DNA from: Nitrospirota bacterium
GTDB lineage: Bacteria > UBA2233
Direction: 5' to 3'
DNA: 39,530 nt
Assembly (NCBI GenBank): GCA_011620345.1
Contig: WOZJ01000011.1
Span: 1 to 39,530 of the forward strand
Under the pieces are notes generated by a model. That model saw only the letters and a list, made by a program, of their open reading frames with translations. It was not told the origin of the DNA and did not search any database. A program made the position numbers and the translations under genes. Positions 26,846 through 37,234 of the stretch are shown here, piece by piece. Positions within the stretch are counted from its first letter, which is position 1. Every line of letters begins with the position of its first letter.

Positions 26846-28504
26846 ATGCCAAAAAGCGTGATTCAAGGGCTTTACAGAAGGCTTGAGGTGTGGCTCGAGC
26901 GGCGGATCTTAGAAGTCTTCAAGCTTTCAGAGTCCTTGGATATCGCATTCGAACGCCCAAAGGAAGGGTTTGGAGATTTGGCGACCCCGGTCGCCTTCCA
27001 GTTGGCAAGGCTCCTTAGGATGCCTCCCATAGAGATTGCCAAGATGTTAGAGGCCCAAGCCGTAGACCTACCCCAAGGCTTTTCCGCGCTACGCGCGGCC
27101 CCTCCTGGATATTTGAACGCTGAATTCGATCCAGAGTTTTTAAAGAATGCGTTGGTGGAGGTGCTCGAGCACCCAGAGCTTTTCGGGAGGTTCGACGATG
27201 GCTCTGGCAAACGAGCTCAGGTGGAGTTCGTAAGCGCAAACCCTACAGGCCCGCTCACGGTCGGCCATGGCAGGCAAGCTGTCCTAGGGTCCTCGATCGC
27301 CAACCTTCTGGAGGCGCTCGGGTTCGAGGTGACACGGGAGTATTATTACAACGACGCCGGAAGACAAATGCGAGTGCTTGGTGAATCCATCCGGGCGCGC
27401 TACCTAGAGCTTCTTGGTGAGCCGGCAAGCTTCCCGGAGGATGGCTACCAGGGCGATTACATTCGGGAGATCGCAAGGCAAATCTTCGAGGACTTCGCAG
27501 ATAGGCTCAAAACGGAGGTCTCGCACGAGCCTTTCCAGAAGTACGGCGAGCGGGTCATTTTTGAAGACATCCAGCGCACGCTCCAAAGGCTCGACATCAG
27601 GTTCGACGTGTTTTTCGGCGAGCACACGCTTTACGAAGACGGGAGTATCGAGCGGGTTCTGGAGCGTCTGAACTCATTAGGCCTTTTGTACGAAAAGGAC
27701 GGTGCCTTATGGTTCGAGGCCAAGGCATTCGGGCAACCCAAGGACCGCGTGTTCCGTAAGGCCAGCGGGGAGTACACATACAGGCTTCCGGATATCGCCT
27801 ACCACGTCCAAAAGCTAGGGCGTGGGTTCGATTTGATCGTGGACGTGCTCGGGGCCGACCATCACCTCTCGAGCCAGGACGTCCTTACAACGATCAAGGT
27901 GCTGGGCCAGGATGTTTCCCGCATTCGCATCGTCTTGCATCAGTTCGTTACGCTCGTAAGAGGCGGGGAAAGGGTCAAGGTCTCCACCCGCAAGGCCACC
28001 TACGTGACACTCGATGAGCTGATCGACATGGTGGGGAAGGACGCCTGCAGGTTCTTCTTTTTATTGCGAAAGGCCGACACGCACCTAGACTTCGACATCG
28101 ACCTTGCCAGGAAGCAGGGCGAAGAAAACCCGGTCTACTACGTCCAGTATGCGCACGCAAGGATCTGTTCCGTGTTCGAAGTGGCGAAGAATCGAGGGGT
28201 TGCTCTGCCCAACCCGGGCATTGAGGCGCTTCAAACGCTGAGTGAAGCGGAGCTTCCCCTGCTCAAGGCGATTTTTTGGCTAGAGCATACCCTTAGAGAG
28301 GCCGCAAGGGAACTCGAGCCGCACCGCGTGGTCTACGCGCTGATGGACATCGCCGGGCTTTTCCATTCTTTCTACAACCACAACCGGATCCTCGAGAGCC
28401 CGGAGGAAATAAGGGGTATGCGGCTCTTGCTCGTTCAAGGGCTGGGGGTTGCTCTTCGAAGAGGGCTTTCATTGCTGAACGTTACAGCCCCGGAGAAGAT
28501 GTGA
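26846..28504 (+). CDS. argS: Arginine--tRNA ligase
   Basis: FGDLAT, PGYLN, VEFVSANPTGPL.VGHGR, EYYYNDAG.Q, GY.G.YI, PDIAYH, GADH, NPVYYVQYAHARICS; start ATG 26846 (or TTG 26837). Confidence 0.97.
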   Translation: MPKSVIQGLYRRLEVWLERRILEVFKLSESLDIAFERPKEGFGDLATPVAFQLARLLRMPPIEIAKMLEAQAVDLPQGFSALRAAPPGYLNAEFDPEFLKNALVEVLEHPELFGRFDDGSGKRAQVEFVSANPTGPLTVGHGRQAVLGSSIANLLEALGFEVTREYYYNDAGRQMRVLGESIRARYLELLGEPASFPEDGYQGDYIREIARQIFEDFADRLKTEVSHEPFQKYGERVIFEDIQRTLQRLDIRFDVFFGEHTLYEDGSIERVLERLNSLGLLYEKDGALWFEAKAFGQPKDRVFRKASGEYTYRLPDIAYHVQKLGRGFDLIVDVLGADHHLSSQDVLTTIKVLGQDVSRIRIVLHQFVTLVRGGERVKVSTRKATYVTLDELIDMVGKDACRFFFLLRKADTHLDFDIDLARKQGEENPVYYVQYAHARICSVFEVAKNRGVALPNPGIEALQTLSEAELPLLKAIFWLEHTLREAARELEPHRVVYALMDIAGLFHSFYNHNRILESPEEIRGMRLLLVQGLGVALRRGLSLLNVTAPEKM

Positions 28505-28507
28505 GCG

Positions 28508-29077
28508 GTGCGGCTCGAGATTTCCCCCTTCGGGGGTGTCCTCCTGGTAGGTTTTGGCATGGGGCTGGTCGTGTTGGGTTTTCTTGCGGGAACCTACTTC
28601 GGCTCTAGTCTTGAAACGGCCACCAGGAAACCCACGGATGATACCGCAACGGGGCCCGAAAAGCCTGCTTCTGGGCAAGTTTTCGCTCCTAGACCTTCGT
28701 TGCCACAAACCCCGCTTGAAGAGAACGCGGGTGAGCCATTTGGCCCTGAGGGCCGAGCGCCGGCTCCTTCCTTGGCCTTGGAGGCTTCTTCGGAGCCCAA
28801 GGCCAAGCCGAAGCCTTCTGGATACTATAGCGTCCAGGTAGGGGCATTCAAGGTCCGATCCCAGGCGGAGGCAATGGCAAAAAGGTTGAGACAAAACGGG
28901 TTTGAGCCGTTTCTTGAGCGGTACAACGCCAAGGATGGGCTTTGGTATCGCGTCCGTACCGGCCGGTTCAAAAATCCCAAAAAGGCCAAGGCATTTCTTG
29001 GCAAGGTGCGGGCTAGCTTCAAGGAGGCGTACGTGGCAAAAATTGAGGATGAAACGGCCATCGAGGAAGTGGATTAG
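28508..29077 (+). CDS. SPOR domain-containing protein (FtsN/DedD-like)
   Basis: N-terminal TM, Pro-rich linker, YSVQVGAF...A...L..GF, WYRVRTG.F; typical neighbour of argS. Confidence 0.88.
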   Translation: MRLEISPFGGVLLVGFGMGLVVLGFLAGTYFGSSLETATRKPTDDTATGPEKPASGQVFAPRPSLPQTPLEENAGEPFGPEGRAPAPSLALEASSEPKAKPKPSGYYSVQVGAFKVRSQAEAMAKRLRQNGFEPFLERYNAKDGLWYRVRTGRFKNPKKAKAFLGKVRASFKEAYVAKIEDETAIEEVD

Positions 29078-30576
29078 TGCTGCCGGATCGACGCGCGGAG
29101 AACCTTCAGCGGGCGTTCGCGATCAAGAAGGATGGCTACGACGGGTGGGTCCCTGCCAAAACGTTCGTTTTGGATACGGAAACGCCCGTAAGCTTGTTTT
29201 TGAAGCTAAGGGACATCAGCCCCGTTGGCTGCCTTTTAGAGAGCGTGGAGGGTGGCGAGTTCTGGGCAAGGTACTCCTTCATAGGGGTCGGGTTCCGGTG
29301 GATCCTAAGGGCCAAAGACCGCCTTGTTGAGATTGAGACCCCCGAAGGGGGCGGGCGGTGCTTTGAAGGCGAGGCTCTTGATGCCTTAAAGGAGCGCGTC
29401 TTGGACAAGAGGGTTTATAGGCAAGGCGATCTTCCGCCTTTTTTTGGGGGGGCGATAGGCTATTTGGGCTATGATTCCGTAAGGCGCTTTGAGCGAGTTC
29501 CAGACTTGGGGAAGCCAAGGTTGGACCCTTTCGATGCCCATTTTTTCTTTCCCAAGGTCCTTATCGCCGTCGACAGGTTTCGCTACGCGTTCACACTCAT
29601 GGCCTACGTGGATTTGAATGCTTTTGACCTTGAAGCCGAAGTTTGCCGCGCCCACGAGGCGATAGAGCAGATCGAGGATTTGGCGTTTACAAAGGTCGTT
29701 CCCTCTGTCCGGATGGACGGGTTCGAGGGCTTCAAAGAGAAGACGTTCGAGCTTACGGGTAGCGTTTCCCCGGATGCCTACCGAACCTGGATCCTCAAAG
29801 CCAAGGCCTACATCGAGGCTGGCGACATTATCCAGGTCGTCCCTTCGAGGCGATTCCACACGCCTTTTAAGGCCGACCCTTTTGCTTTGTACCGCGTCCT
29901 TCGGCTCCTGAACCCGTCGCCCTACATGTTCTACCTTCAAAACGGGTCCGAGACGGTTGTCGGTTCCTCTCCGGAGGTGTTGGTCCGTGTGTCGGCAGGC
30001 CGTGTCCTTACCCGCCCTATCGCCGGGACAAGGAGGCGTGGGAGGACTCAAGACGAAGACATCAGGCTGGAACGAGAGCTTTTAGGGGATACGAAAGAAA
30101 GAGCGGAGCATTTAATGCTGGTGGACTTGGCCCGCAACGATGTCGGGAGAGTTGCCGGGGTTGGTAGCGTGCGGGTGTCCCAGTTCATGCACATCGAACG
30201 CTATTCCCACGTGATGCACATCGTCAGCGATGTGATAGGGACTCTAAAGAACGGCCTTGGCCCGCTCGATGCCCTAAGGGCCTGCTTTCCTGCGGGGACG
30301 CTGACGGGGGCTCCAAAAGTACGGGCGATGGAGATCATCGAGGAGCTCGAGGCCCACAGGCGAGGGATTTACGGCGGGTGTGTGGGGTACGTCGGGTTTG
30401 GCGGAGCGCTCGACATGGGCATCACGATCCGAACGGCCTGGATTCGGGGAGACACGGCCTACTTCCAGGCCGGCGGCGGCATCGTGGCCGACTCCGACCC
30501 TGCCAGCGAAGAGGATGAAGTCAAGAATAAGGCGATGGCCATGGCTCAGGCGATCGCGATCGCAACCAACGCCTAG
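29077..30576 (+). CDS. trpE: Anthranilate synthase component I
   Basis: LLESVEGG, RYSFIG, FFGGAIGY, GDIIQVV, NPSPYM, SSPE, PIAGT, KERAEH.MLVDLARND, PAGTLTGAPK, QAGGGIVADS. Confidence 0.96.
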   Translation: MLPDRRAENLQRAFAIKKDGYDGWVPAKTFVLDTETPVSLFLKLRDISPVGCLLESVEGGEFWARYSFIGVGFRWILRAKDRLVEIETPEGGGRCFEGEALDALKERVLDKRVYRQGDLPPFFGGAIGYLGYDSVRRFERVPDLGKPRLDPFDAHFFFPKVLIAVDRFRYAFTLMAYVDLNAFDLEAEVCRAHEAIEQIEDLAFTKVVPSVRMDGFEGFKEKTFELTGSVSPDAYRTWILKAKAYIEAGDIIQVVPSRRFHTPFKADPFALYRVLRLLNPSPYMFYLQNGSETVVGSSPEVLVRVSAGRVLTRPIAGTRRRGRTQDEDIRLERELLGDTKERAEHLMLVDLARNDVGRVAGVGSVRVSQFMHIERYSHVMHIVSDVIGTLKNGLGPLDALRACFPAGTLTGAPKVRAMEIIEELEAHRRGIYGGCVGYVGFGGALDMGITIRTAWIRGDTAYFQAGGGIVADSDPASEEDEVKNKAMAMAQAIAIATNA

Positions 30577-30585
30577 GGAAAGGGC

Positions 30586-31158
30586 ATGTCCGGAATCCTT
30601 TTGATCGACAACTACGATTCATTTACCTACAACCTCTACCAGTATTTTGGCGAGCTTGGGGTGCTCCCGGAGGTCGTGCGCAACGACGAGGCCTCCCTCG
30701 ATGCGCTTGAGGTGAAAAACCCTGGCGCGCTCGTCATTTCTCCGGGGCCTTGCACGCCGAAAGAGGCGGGCATCAGCGTAGAGGCCGTACGCAGGTTCTC
30801 GGGCAGGGTTCCCATCCTTGGAGTATGTTTGGGCCACCAAGCGATCGCCGAAGCCTTCGGCGGCAAGGTAGTGTTGGCAAGGAGGCTGATGCACGGGAAG
30901 ACCTCGATGGTTTTCCACGACGGCCTCGGCGTATTCAAGGAGATTCCCAGTCCTTTTCGTGCGGTCCGTTATCACTCGCTTATCGTCGATGCCGAAAGCC
31001 TTCCTCAAGACCTTGAAATCCACGCCGTGAGCGAGTACAACGAGCCTATGGCGATAAGGCACCGGAGCTTGCCCGTATTCGGTGTTCAGTTCCACCCGGA
31101 ATCCATCCTGACGGAACATGGCCATCAGCTCCTTCGAAACTTCTTAGAGCTCATCTAA
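30586..31158 (+). CDS. trpG: Anthranilate synthase component II (glutamine amidotransferase)
   Basis: [34 protein letters not shown]. Confidence 0.96.
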   Translation: MSGILLIDNYDSFTYNLYQYFGELGVLPEVVRNDEASLDALEVKNPGALVISPGPCTPKEAGISVEAVRRFSGRVPILGVCLGHQAIAEAFGGKVVLARRLMHGKTSMVFHDGLGVFKEIPSPFRAVRYHSLIVDAESLPQDLEIHAVSEYNEPMAIRHRSLPVFGVQFHPESILTEHGHQLLRNFLELI

Positions 31159-31159
31159 G

Positions 31160-32191
31160 ATGCCCTCCAAGGCGGTTGAAACGCTTCTCAAGGGGGGGGC
31201 TCTAAGCGTCGAGGAGACGGAAGGGTTCATCGAGGGCATGATCAAGGGCTCTATCGACGAGCCCCTCATGGTGGCGTTCTTGACAGCCCTGGCGATGAAA
31301 GGCCCCTCGAAAGAAGAGCTCCTAGGCGCCGTGCTGGTGTTTCAAAGACACGCTGCTCTAATTACCCCGCCCCCTTATCATTTGATGGATACCTGCGGGA
31401 CAGGGGGTAAGGCATACCCGACCCTGAACGTCTCAACGCTGAGCGCGTTCGTCGTGGCGAGCTTCGGGGTTAAGGTTGCAAAGCACGGCAACAGGTCATT
31501 TAGGAATGCTCTTGGTTCAGCCCAAGTGCTCGAACGGCTTGGCGTCAACGTCGCGCTAGAGCCGGAGAGGTCCTTAAGGCTGCTCGAAGAGGTCGGCGTT
31601 GGGTTTTTCTTGGCCCCAGCCTACCACCCAGCCATGCAGGCCGTTAAAGGCTTGAGGGCAAAGCTTCCTTTCAGGACGTTGTTTAACCTTCTTGGCCCTC
31701 TGACCAACCCCTTGCCTTTGACCTACCAGGTCGTGGGCGTGTACGATTCCCGGTATGTTCACTTGATTGCAGAGTGCCTCAGGATCTTGGGGCGTAAGCG
31801 GGCCTGCGTAGTGTACGGTGAGGACGGCCAAGATGAACTCTCTTTGGCTTCCCCCAGTGTCCTGGCCGTTCTTCAAGAAGACGGACGGATCGAGCGTTTG
31901 AGGGTAGAGCCCGAAGACTTCGGGGTTTCTAGGTTTTCCAAAGAAAGGCTGATTCTTCAGACCCAAGAAGAGCAACTCGAGGCCTTCCAGCGGGTGATAG
32001 AAGGCAATCCATCGCCTTGGCTGGAGCTTGTTGCCTTGAATGCTGGGCTTGCGCTGTTTGTATGCGGCCTGACAGGCAATATTAAGGGAGGCTATGGCTT
32101 GGCAAAGGAGGCGCTCTTGACGAGGTCTGCTTTGGGGGTGTTTGAACGCTTCAAAAAAACGGCTCGAGGCGATGACTCCGTTCCTTCCTGA
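31160..32191 (+). CDS. trpD: Anthranilate phosphoribosyltransferase
   Basis: DTCGTGG, NVST, KHGNRS, YHPAM, RTLFNLLGPLTNP, G.DE. Confidence 0.95.
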   Translation: MPSKAVETLLKGGALSVEETEGFIEGMIKGSIDEPLMVAFLTALAMKGPSKEELLGAVLVFQRHAALITPPPYHLMDTCGTGGKAYPTLNVSTLSAFVVASFGVKVAKHGNRSFRNALGSAQVLERLGVNVALEPERSLRLLEEVGVGFFLAPAYHPAMQAVKGLRAKLPFRTLFNLLGPLTNPLPLTYQVVGVYDSRYVHLIAECLRILGRKRACVVYGEDGQDELSLASPSVLAVLQEDGRIERLRVEPEDFGVSRFSKERLILQTQEEQLEAFQRVIEGNPSPWLELVALNAGLALFVCGLTGNIKGGYGLAKEALLTRSALGVFERFKKTARGDDSVPS

Positions 32192-32975
32192 GGTCGTAAA
32201 GCGTACGCTTGCCGATCTCGAGGCGAAAAGGGCCAAAGAGCCCTTGGTCGAGCTTGAAAAGAAACTTTCTTCTTTTCCCCCAAAAAAACCGGGGGCGCTC
32301 CTTTCTAAGTTTCTTGGCAAAGAGCCCGATACAAAGCTGATTTGTGAAATCAAAAGGGCTTCTCCCTCCAGAGGGGTTCTTTTAGGCCGGCTGGACGTCC
32401 GGGAGCTAGCCCAGATTTACGAAGGTGCAGGGGCGTTTGCATTGTCGGTCCTCACGCAACCCTTAGGGTTTCATGGCAGCCTCAGGGACCTTGAAGTTGC
32501 GAGGCAGGCCTTTGGCGGACCAATCCTTAGGAAGGACTTTATCTTTGATATCTACCAGCTTTACGAAACGGCCCTTGCCGGAGCCGACCTAGTTTTGTTG
32601 ATCGTGAGGATTCTGTCCAAAGACAAGCTTGAAGAGCTCGTAAGCGCCTCAAGATCGCTAGGGCTTCTGCCTTTGGTCGAGCTTCACTCCGAAGAAGACT
32701 TAGATAAGGTCTCGGGCCTCGAAGGGCCGCTGCTATTGGGGTTGAACGCAAGGGACCTTGCCTCGCTCACGATTGATCATGAGAGGGTCGAAGCATTGCT
32801 TCGAGAGCCTTTAGGCTCCTACCCGGTTGTGATCGAAAGCGGCATTGACCAAAGAGAGCAAGTGCTGGCCTACAAAAGGCACGCGCGGGTTTGCGCCTTT
32901 CTTGTGGGCGAGGGTATCCTAAAGAGCAGCGATCCAGCTGGAAAAATCCGCGAATTGACCGGGGGTAAAATATAA
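32172..32975 (+). CDS. trpC: Indole-3-glycerol phosphate synthase
   Basis: [32 protein letters not shown]; monofunctional length; start ATG 32172. Confidence 0.94.
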   Translation: MTPFLPEVVKRTLADLEAKRAKEPLVELEKKLSSFPPKKPGALLSKFLGKEPDTKLICEIKRASPSRGVLLGRLDVRELAQIYEGAGAFALSVLTQPLGFHGSLRDLEVARQAFGGPILRKDFIFDIYQLYETALAGADLVLLIVRILSKDKLEELVSASRSLGLLPLVELHSEEDLDKVSGLEGPLLLGLNARDLASLTIDHERVEALLREPLGSYPVVIESGIDQREQVLAYKRHARVCAFLVGEGILKSSDPAGKIRELTGGKI

Positions 32976-32977
32976 GG

Positions 32978-34168
32978 GTGAGTAAGGCGGGCTATTTCGG
33001 GGAGTACGGAGGCAGGTTCGTCTCCGAACTGCTCCTTGGGGCGCTCAAAGAGTTGGAACAGGCCTATAATTCTGTCGGCAAGGACCCTTCCTTTCAGAAG
33101 GCCCTTGCGGAGGCGCTGCGCGATTTTGCCGGAAGGCCTACGCCTATTTTGCAGGCCAAACGCTTCACCGAAGCGATCGGGCTTGAAGCCACGCTGGTTT
33201 TGAAGCGCGAGGACCTTTGCCATACGGGTGCGCACAAGATCAACAACGCGCTGGGCCAGGCCCTCATGGCCAAGGTGCTCGGCAAGAGCGAGCTGATTGC
33301 CGAAACTGGGGCCGGTCAGCACGGGGTTGCGACGGCCACGGTGGCCGCATCCTTGGGGTTCGACTCCTGCAAGATTTTCATGGGTACTGAGGACCTAAAA
33401 AGACAGGCCCCGAACGTTCAGCGTATGGAGCTTTTAGGATCTGAGGTGATCCCCGTCGCCAAAGGGCAGGGAACGCTGAAAGACGCCATTAACGAGGCCA
33501 TGCGCTACTGGGTGAGCCATTTGAAAACCACGCATTACCTCTTCGGTACGGTAGCAGGGCCTCACCCTTACCCCACGATTGTTCGAGATTTCCAGGCCGT
33601 CATCGGTAACGAGCTCAAAGCCCAGACAAAGGAGCGCTTTGGCAGGCTTCCGGACGTTCTAATTGCCTGTGTCGGCGGTGGGTCGAACGCGATGGGGGCG
33701 TTCTTTCCGTTTTTGGATGAGGCGGGCGTGGCGCTTGTCGGGGTCGAGGCGGGCGGCAGGGGGGAAGGCATGGGTGAACATGCGGCCAGCCTGACACGCG
33801 GAACGGTAGGGGTGTTGCACGGGGCCATGTCCTACGTTTTGCAAACTGACGAAGGGCAGATCGCTCCCGTGCACAGCGTTTCGGCGGGGTTAGACTACCC
33901 TGGCGTGGGGCCCGAGCTCTCATACCTCAAATCCACCGGCCGGGCCAGGTTCGTGACGGCGAGCGATGAGGAGGCGCTTAGGGCCTTTCGGTTGCTTGCG
34001 AGTACCGAGGGGATTCTTCCGGCGCTCGAGAGCGCCCATGCGCTCGGCTGGCTCATGGCCCAGGCCAGGGCGTTTTCCAAGGATACGTTGATCGCGGTAA
34101 ACCTCTCTGGGCGTGGAGACAAAGACCTGGAGCTCGTCGGATCGTTCGAGGGGGGCCGCCGTGGGTAG
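32978..34168 (+). CDS. trpB: Tryptophan synthase beta chain
   Basis: [60 protein letters not shown]. Confidence 0.98.
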   Translation: MSKAGYFGEYGGRFVSELLLGALKELEQAYNSVGKDPSFQKALAEALRDFAGRPTPILQAKRFTEAIGLEATLVLKREDLCHTGAHKINNALGQALMAKVLGKSELIAETGAGQHGVATATVAASLGFDSCKIFMGTEDLKRQAPNVQRMELLGSEVIPVAKGQGTLKDAINEAMRYWVSHLKTTHYLFGTVAGPHPYPTIVRDFQAVIGNELKAQTKERFGRLPDVLIACVGGGSNAMGAFFPFLDEAGVALVGVEAGGRGEGMGEHAASLTRGTVGVLHGAMSYVLQTDEGQIAPVHSVSAGLDYPGVGPELSYLKSTGRARFVTASDEEALRAFRLLASTEGILPALESAHALGWLMAQARAFSKDTLIAVNLSGRGDKDLELVGSFEGGRRG

Positions 34169-34988
34169 CAAAATCAAAGATATCTTCGCTTCTCAGGGCA
34201 AAGTGCTCATCGGGTATGTGACGGCCGGATACCCCGTTCCAGACGAGCAGTTCTTCGTAGAGCTCGCCTTGGCTCTTCATGAAGCGGGCGTAGACATTTT
34301 GGAAGTAGGCGTGCCGTTTTCTGACCCGATGGCCGACGGGGAAGTGATCCAGAGGGCCATGCAAGGAGCCCTGTCTGGAAATTTTGGGCTAAAACGGACG
34401 CTTAAGGCAATCGAGATGCTCAAGGAGTGCCATGAAGGGCTGCCGGTGGTTTTGTTCGGGTACTTCAACCCGTTTTACCGGATGGGGCTGGATGCGCTAA
34501 CCATGCGCCTTAAAGAGCTTCAGGCTGCGGGCATCTTGGTGGTCGACCTCCCTGTCGAGGAAGGCGCCCGATGGTACAGGGCGATCAAGTCTGAGGGCAT
34601 TGATCCGATCCAGGTTGTTCCGAACGACGTGAGCCTAGAAAGGCTCCAAGAGATCGCCCCGTTTGTCGGAGGGTTTCTTTATGTCACCTCGAGTTATGCC
34701 CCGACAGGGGGGACGGTTGGCCGGATTCCTTCCTTATCCTTTACGATCGAGAGGGCAAGGGCTACGCTCGACCTTCCGGTGGCAGTCGGGTTTGGCATCC
34801 AGACGCCTGAAGACGCTTTCCAGATCGGCAATGTTGCAGACGGGGTCATCGTGGGCTCCGCGCTGATCCGCGCGCTCGAGGACGGGATTGCAGAGGGTGG
34901 CCCAAAACGAGCGATTCAGCTTGCCCAAAAGAAGGCCGAAGCGCTCAAAAAAAGCCTTATTAAAGGAGCCTTGCTATGGCGTTCTTGA
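34161..34988 (+). CDS. trpA: Tryptophan synthase alpha chain
   Basis: [51 protein letters not shown] start at 34161. Confidence 0.95.
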   Translation: MGSKIKDIFASQGKVLIGYVTAGYPVPDEQFFVELALALHEAGVDILEVGVPFSDPMADGEVIQRAMQGALSGNFGLKRTLKAIEMLKECHEGLPVVLFGYFNPFYRMGLDALTMRLKELQAAGILVVDLPVEEGARWYRAIKSEGIDPIQVVPNDVSLERLQEIAPFVGGFLYVTSSYAPTGGTVGRIPSLSFTIERARATLDLPVAVGFGIQTPEDAFQIGNVADGVIVGSALIRALEDGIAEGGPKRAIQLAQKKAEALKKSLIKGALLWRS

Positions 34989-35869
34989 TGGCCAGGCGCG
35001 AGAAGCCCGAAGAGAACCTGTGGGTCAAGTGTCCCGGGTGCGGTGAGGTCGGGTTTAAAAAGGACTTGGGCCGCAACCTAAAGGTATGTCCTGCTTGCTC
35101 GTACCACTTTCGGATGAGCGCAAAAGAGCGGATCGAGCAGCTCATCGATCCTGGAACGTTTCAAGAGATGGACGTTGCGATCCTTTCCAGGGATCCGCTA
35201 CGGTTCAAAGATAGCAAGTCTTACAGGGCTAGGCTTAAGGAATCGAGGAAGAAAACGGGCCATGCCGAAGCGCTCGTTTCGGGGGTAGGGCTCCTAAGCG
35301 GTGTTCGCGTGAGCCTCGCCGTGTTCGAGTTCGGGTTTCTCGGTGGAAGCATGGGGGCCGTCGTCGGGGAAAAGCTCCTTAAGGCCATGCTGAGGGCCAA
35401 AGAAGAGCGCATTCCTCTCGTCACCGTCAGCGCTTCGGGCGGGGCTAGAATGCACGAAGGGGTGATCTCTCTCATGCAGATGGCCAGGACGATCTCCGGG
35501 CGTCTTCTGCTCTCGAAAGAGGGGGTTCCGTTTTTAAGCATCCTAACAGATCCTACGACAGGAGGGGTTGCGGCAAGTTTCGCTTTTCTGGGTGATGTCA
35601 TTTTGGCCGAACCTGGGGCGTTGATCGGGTTTGCAGGCCCTAGGGTGATCGAGGAAACCGTCAAGCAAAAGCTTCCAGAGGGGTTCCAGAGGGCCGAGTT
35701 CTTGCTTGCCAAGGGGATGATCGACGGCGTTGTTCCGAGGGCGGAGTTAAAGAAAAAGGTTGCCACGTTCCTCTATCACCTTTGGCCGCCGGCCAAGGAG
35801 GCCTGTATGAAGAAATGGGCCAAACGGCCCAAGGAGGGAGCGTCTGTTGCAGGAAACGGGGGTACCTAG
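34976..35869 (+). CDS. accD: Acetyl-CoA carboxylase carboxyltransferase beta subunit
   Basis: LWVKCPGC..VCPAC zinc ribbon, GGSMG, SGGARM.EG, PTTGGV.ASFA, GFAGPRVI, FQRAEFL. Confidence 0.96.
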   Translation: MAFLMARREKPEENLWVKCPGCGEVGFKKDLGRNLKVCPACSYHFRMSAKERIEQLIDPGTFQEMDVAILSRDPLRFKDSKSYRARLKESRKKTGHAEALVSGVGLLSGVRVSLAVFEFGFLGGSMGAVVGEKLLKAMLRAKEERIPLVTVSASGGARMHEGVISLMQMARTISGRLLLSKEGVPFLSILTDPTTGGVAASFAFLGDVILAEPGALIGFAGPRVIEETVKQKLPEGFQRAEFLLAKGMIDGVVPRAELKKKVATFLYHLWPPAKEACMKKWAKRPKEGASVAGNGGT

Positions 35870-35902
35870 GCTTGCCTCGGGTCGCCCAAAGGAAGGCGTT
35901 CT

Positions 35903-37234
35903 ATGGGAAGGCCGCTTGAGGGCTCTTTTATGGGCGCTGCAATAGACTTTCCTTGCCCTAGTAGCCCGCTGGAACTCTTTTCGCTCCATCCGCTCGAGCT
36001 CGTTTCCATGAGGCCCTCTTTGGGCCGTCTTGAGGCCGTATTGCATGCGTTGGGAGATCCGCATGCGGGCTTCCCTTCGATCCTCGTCGCCGGTACAAAC
36101 GGGAAGGGCTCCACCTCGACGTTCCTTTCGGCAGGGCTGATCGCCTCCGGCCTCAAAACAGGCCTTTTTACCTCGCCTCACCTGCTTAACCCTTTGGAGA
36201 GAATCCTGATTCAGGGCCGGCCCCTCCCAGAAGAACGGCTCGATGCCGCCTTTTATAGGATTCACCGTGCTGTTCTAGAACTTCAGCTGCCTCTCACGTT
36301 CTTTGAGTGGCTCAGTGCCCTTATGTTCGTCGCGTTCCAAGAAAGCGGCGTGGATGTGGGCGTGCTCGAGGTGGGCATGGGGGGCAGGCTCGATGCGACC
36401 AACTTGGCAAAGCGCAGGATTGCTACCGTCATCACGAGCATCGGGAGAGACCATACAGGCTTTCTAGGCGAGAGCCTCGACCAAATCCTTGTAGAAAAGG
36501 CTGGAATTGCCAGGCCCGAGGCCCCGTTGTTTGCCCATCTTCCTCAGCGTGGACTCCAATCGCGATTGGATGGGTTTGCAGAGGCCCGCGGGGTCCGCGT
36601 AGTTTTTTTGGGGAGACAGGTCCGTTACCGTCTTCTCGAGGCCTCGCTTTTCTCCACGCGGTTCGTGTTCGAAGGCCGCTCTTTAAAGGCGGAAATTGTG
36701 CTTGGCATGCTTGGCGAGCATCAGGCGGCCAATGCAAGCCTCGCTTTGGCCGTGCTTGAGCACCTAGCAAACGAAGGCAGTCTTGGAGTCCGGATGCCAG
36801 AGGCGGTCGGGGCGCTAAAATCGGCCTTTTTGCCTGCCAGGATGCAGCTGCTCGGGCAAGCCCCGCTTGTTCTCCTAGATGGGGCGCACAACGTCCACGG
36901 GGCGATCGCGCTCGTATCTTTCTTGGGTCCAAGGCTCGAAGGCTCGCACCCGGCCTGTATCGTCGGGATGAGCAAAGGCAAGGACGTCTCTGCGATGCTT
37001 AAATGCCTTTATCGGCTGAATCCTGCGTTCGTGTTTCCCGAGGTGGACCACGATCGGCTTTTGTCTGCCCAGGCGATCGCAAGGGAGGCCCAGGGGTTGG
37101 GCATGCCCTTTCGGGTTACTCCAACAATCTATGACGCGTTCGAGCTCTTCCATGGTCAACAACCGATACTCTTTACGGGGTCGCTTTACTTTGCCGGGGA
37201 GGTGCTCAAGGCGCTAGGAAAAGGGGAGCCATGA
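35903..37234 (+). CDS. folC: Folylpolyglutamate synthase/dihydrofolate synthase
   Basis: VAGTNGKGST, FTSPHL, TFFE, EVGMGGRLDATN, DH...LG, EKAGI, HQ..NA, LDGAHN, TGSLY; exact start uncertain (35903 or 35930). Confidence 0.94.
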   Translation: MGRPLEGSFMGAAIDFPCPSSPLELFSLHPLELVSMRPSLGRLEAVLHALGDPHAGFPSILVAGTNGKGSTSTFLSAGLIASGLKTGLFTSPHLLNPLERILIQGRPLPEERLDAAFYRIHRAVLELQLPLTFFEWLSALMFVAFQESGVDVGVLEVGMGGRLDATNLAKRRIATVITSIGRDHTGFLGESLDQILVEKAGIARPEAPLFAHLPQRGLQSRLDGFAEARGVRVVFLGRQVRYRLLEASLFSTRFVFEGRSLKAEIVLGMLGEHQAANASLALAVLEHLANEGSLGVRMPEAVGALKSAFLPARMQLLGQAPLVLLDGAHNVHGAIALVSFLGPRLEGSHPACIVGMSKGKDVSAMLKCLYRLNPAFVFPEVDHDRLLSAQAIAREAQGLGMPFRVTPTIYDAFELFHGQQPILFTGSLYFAGEVLKALGKGEP

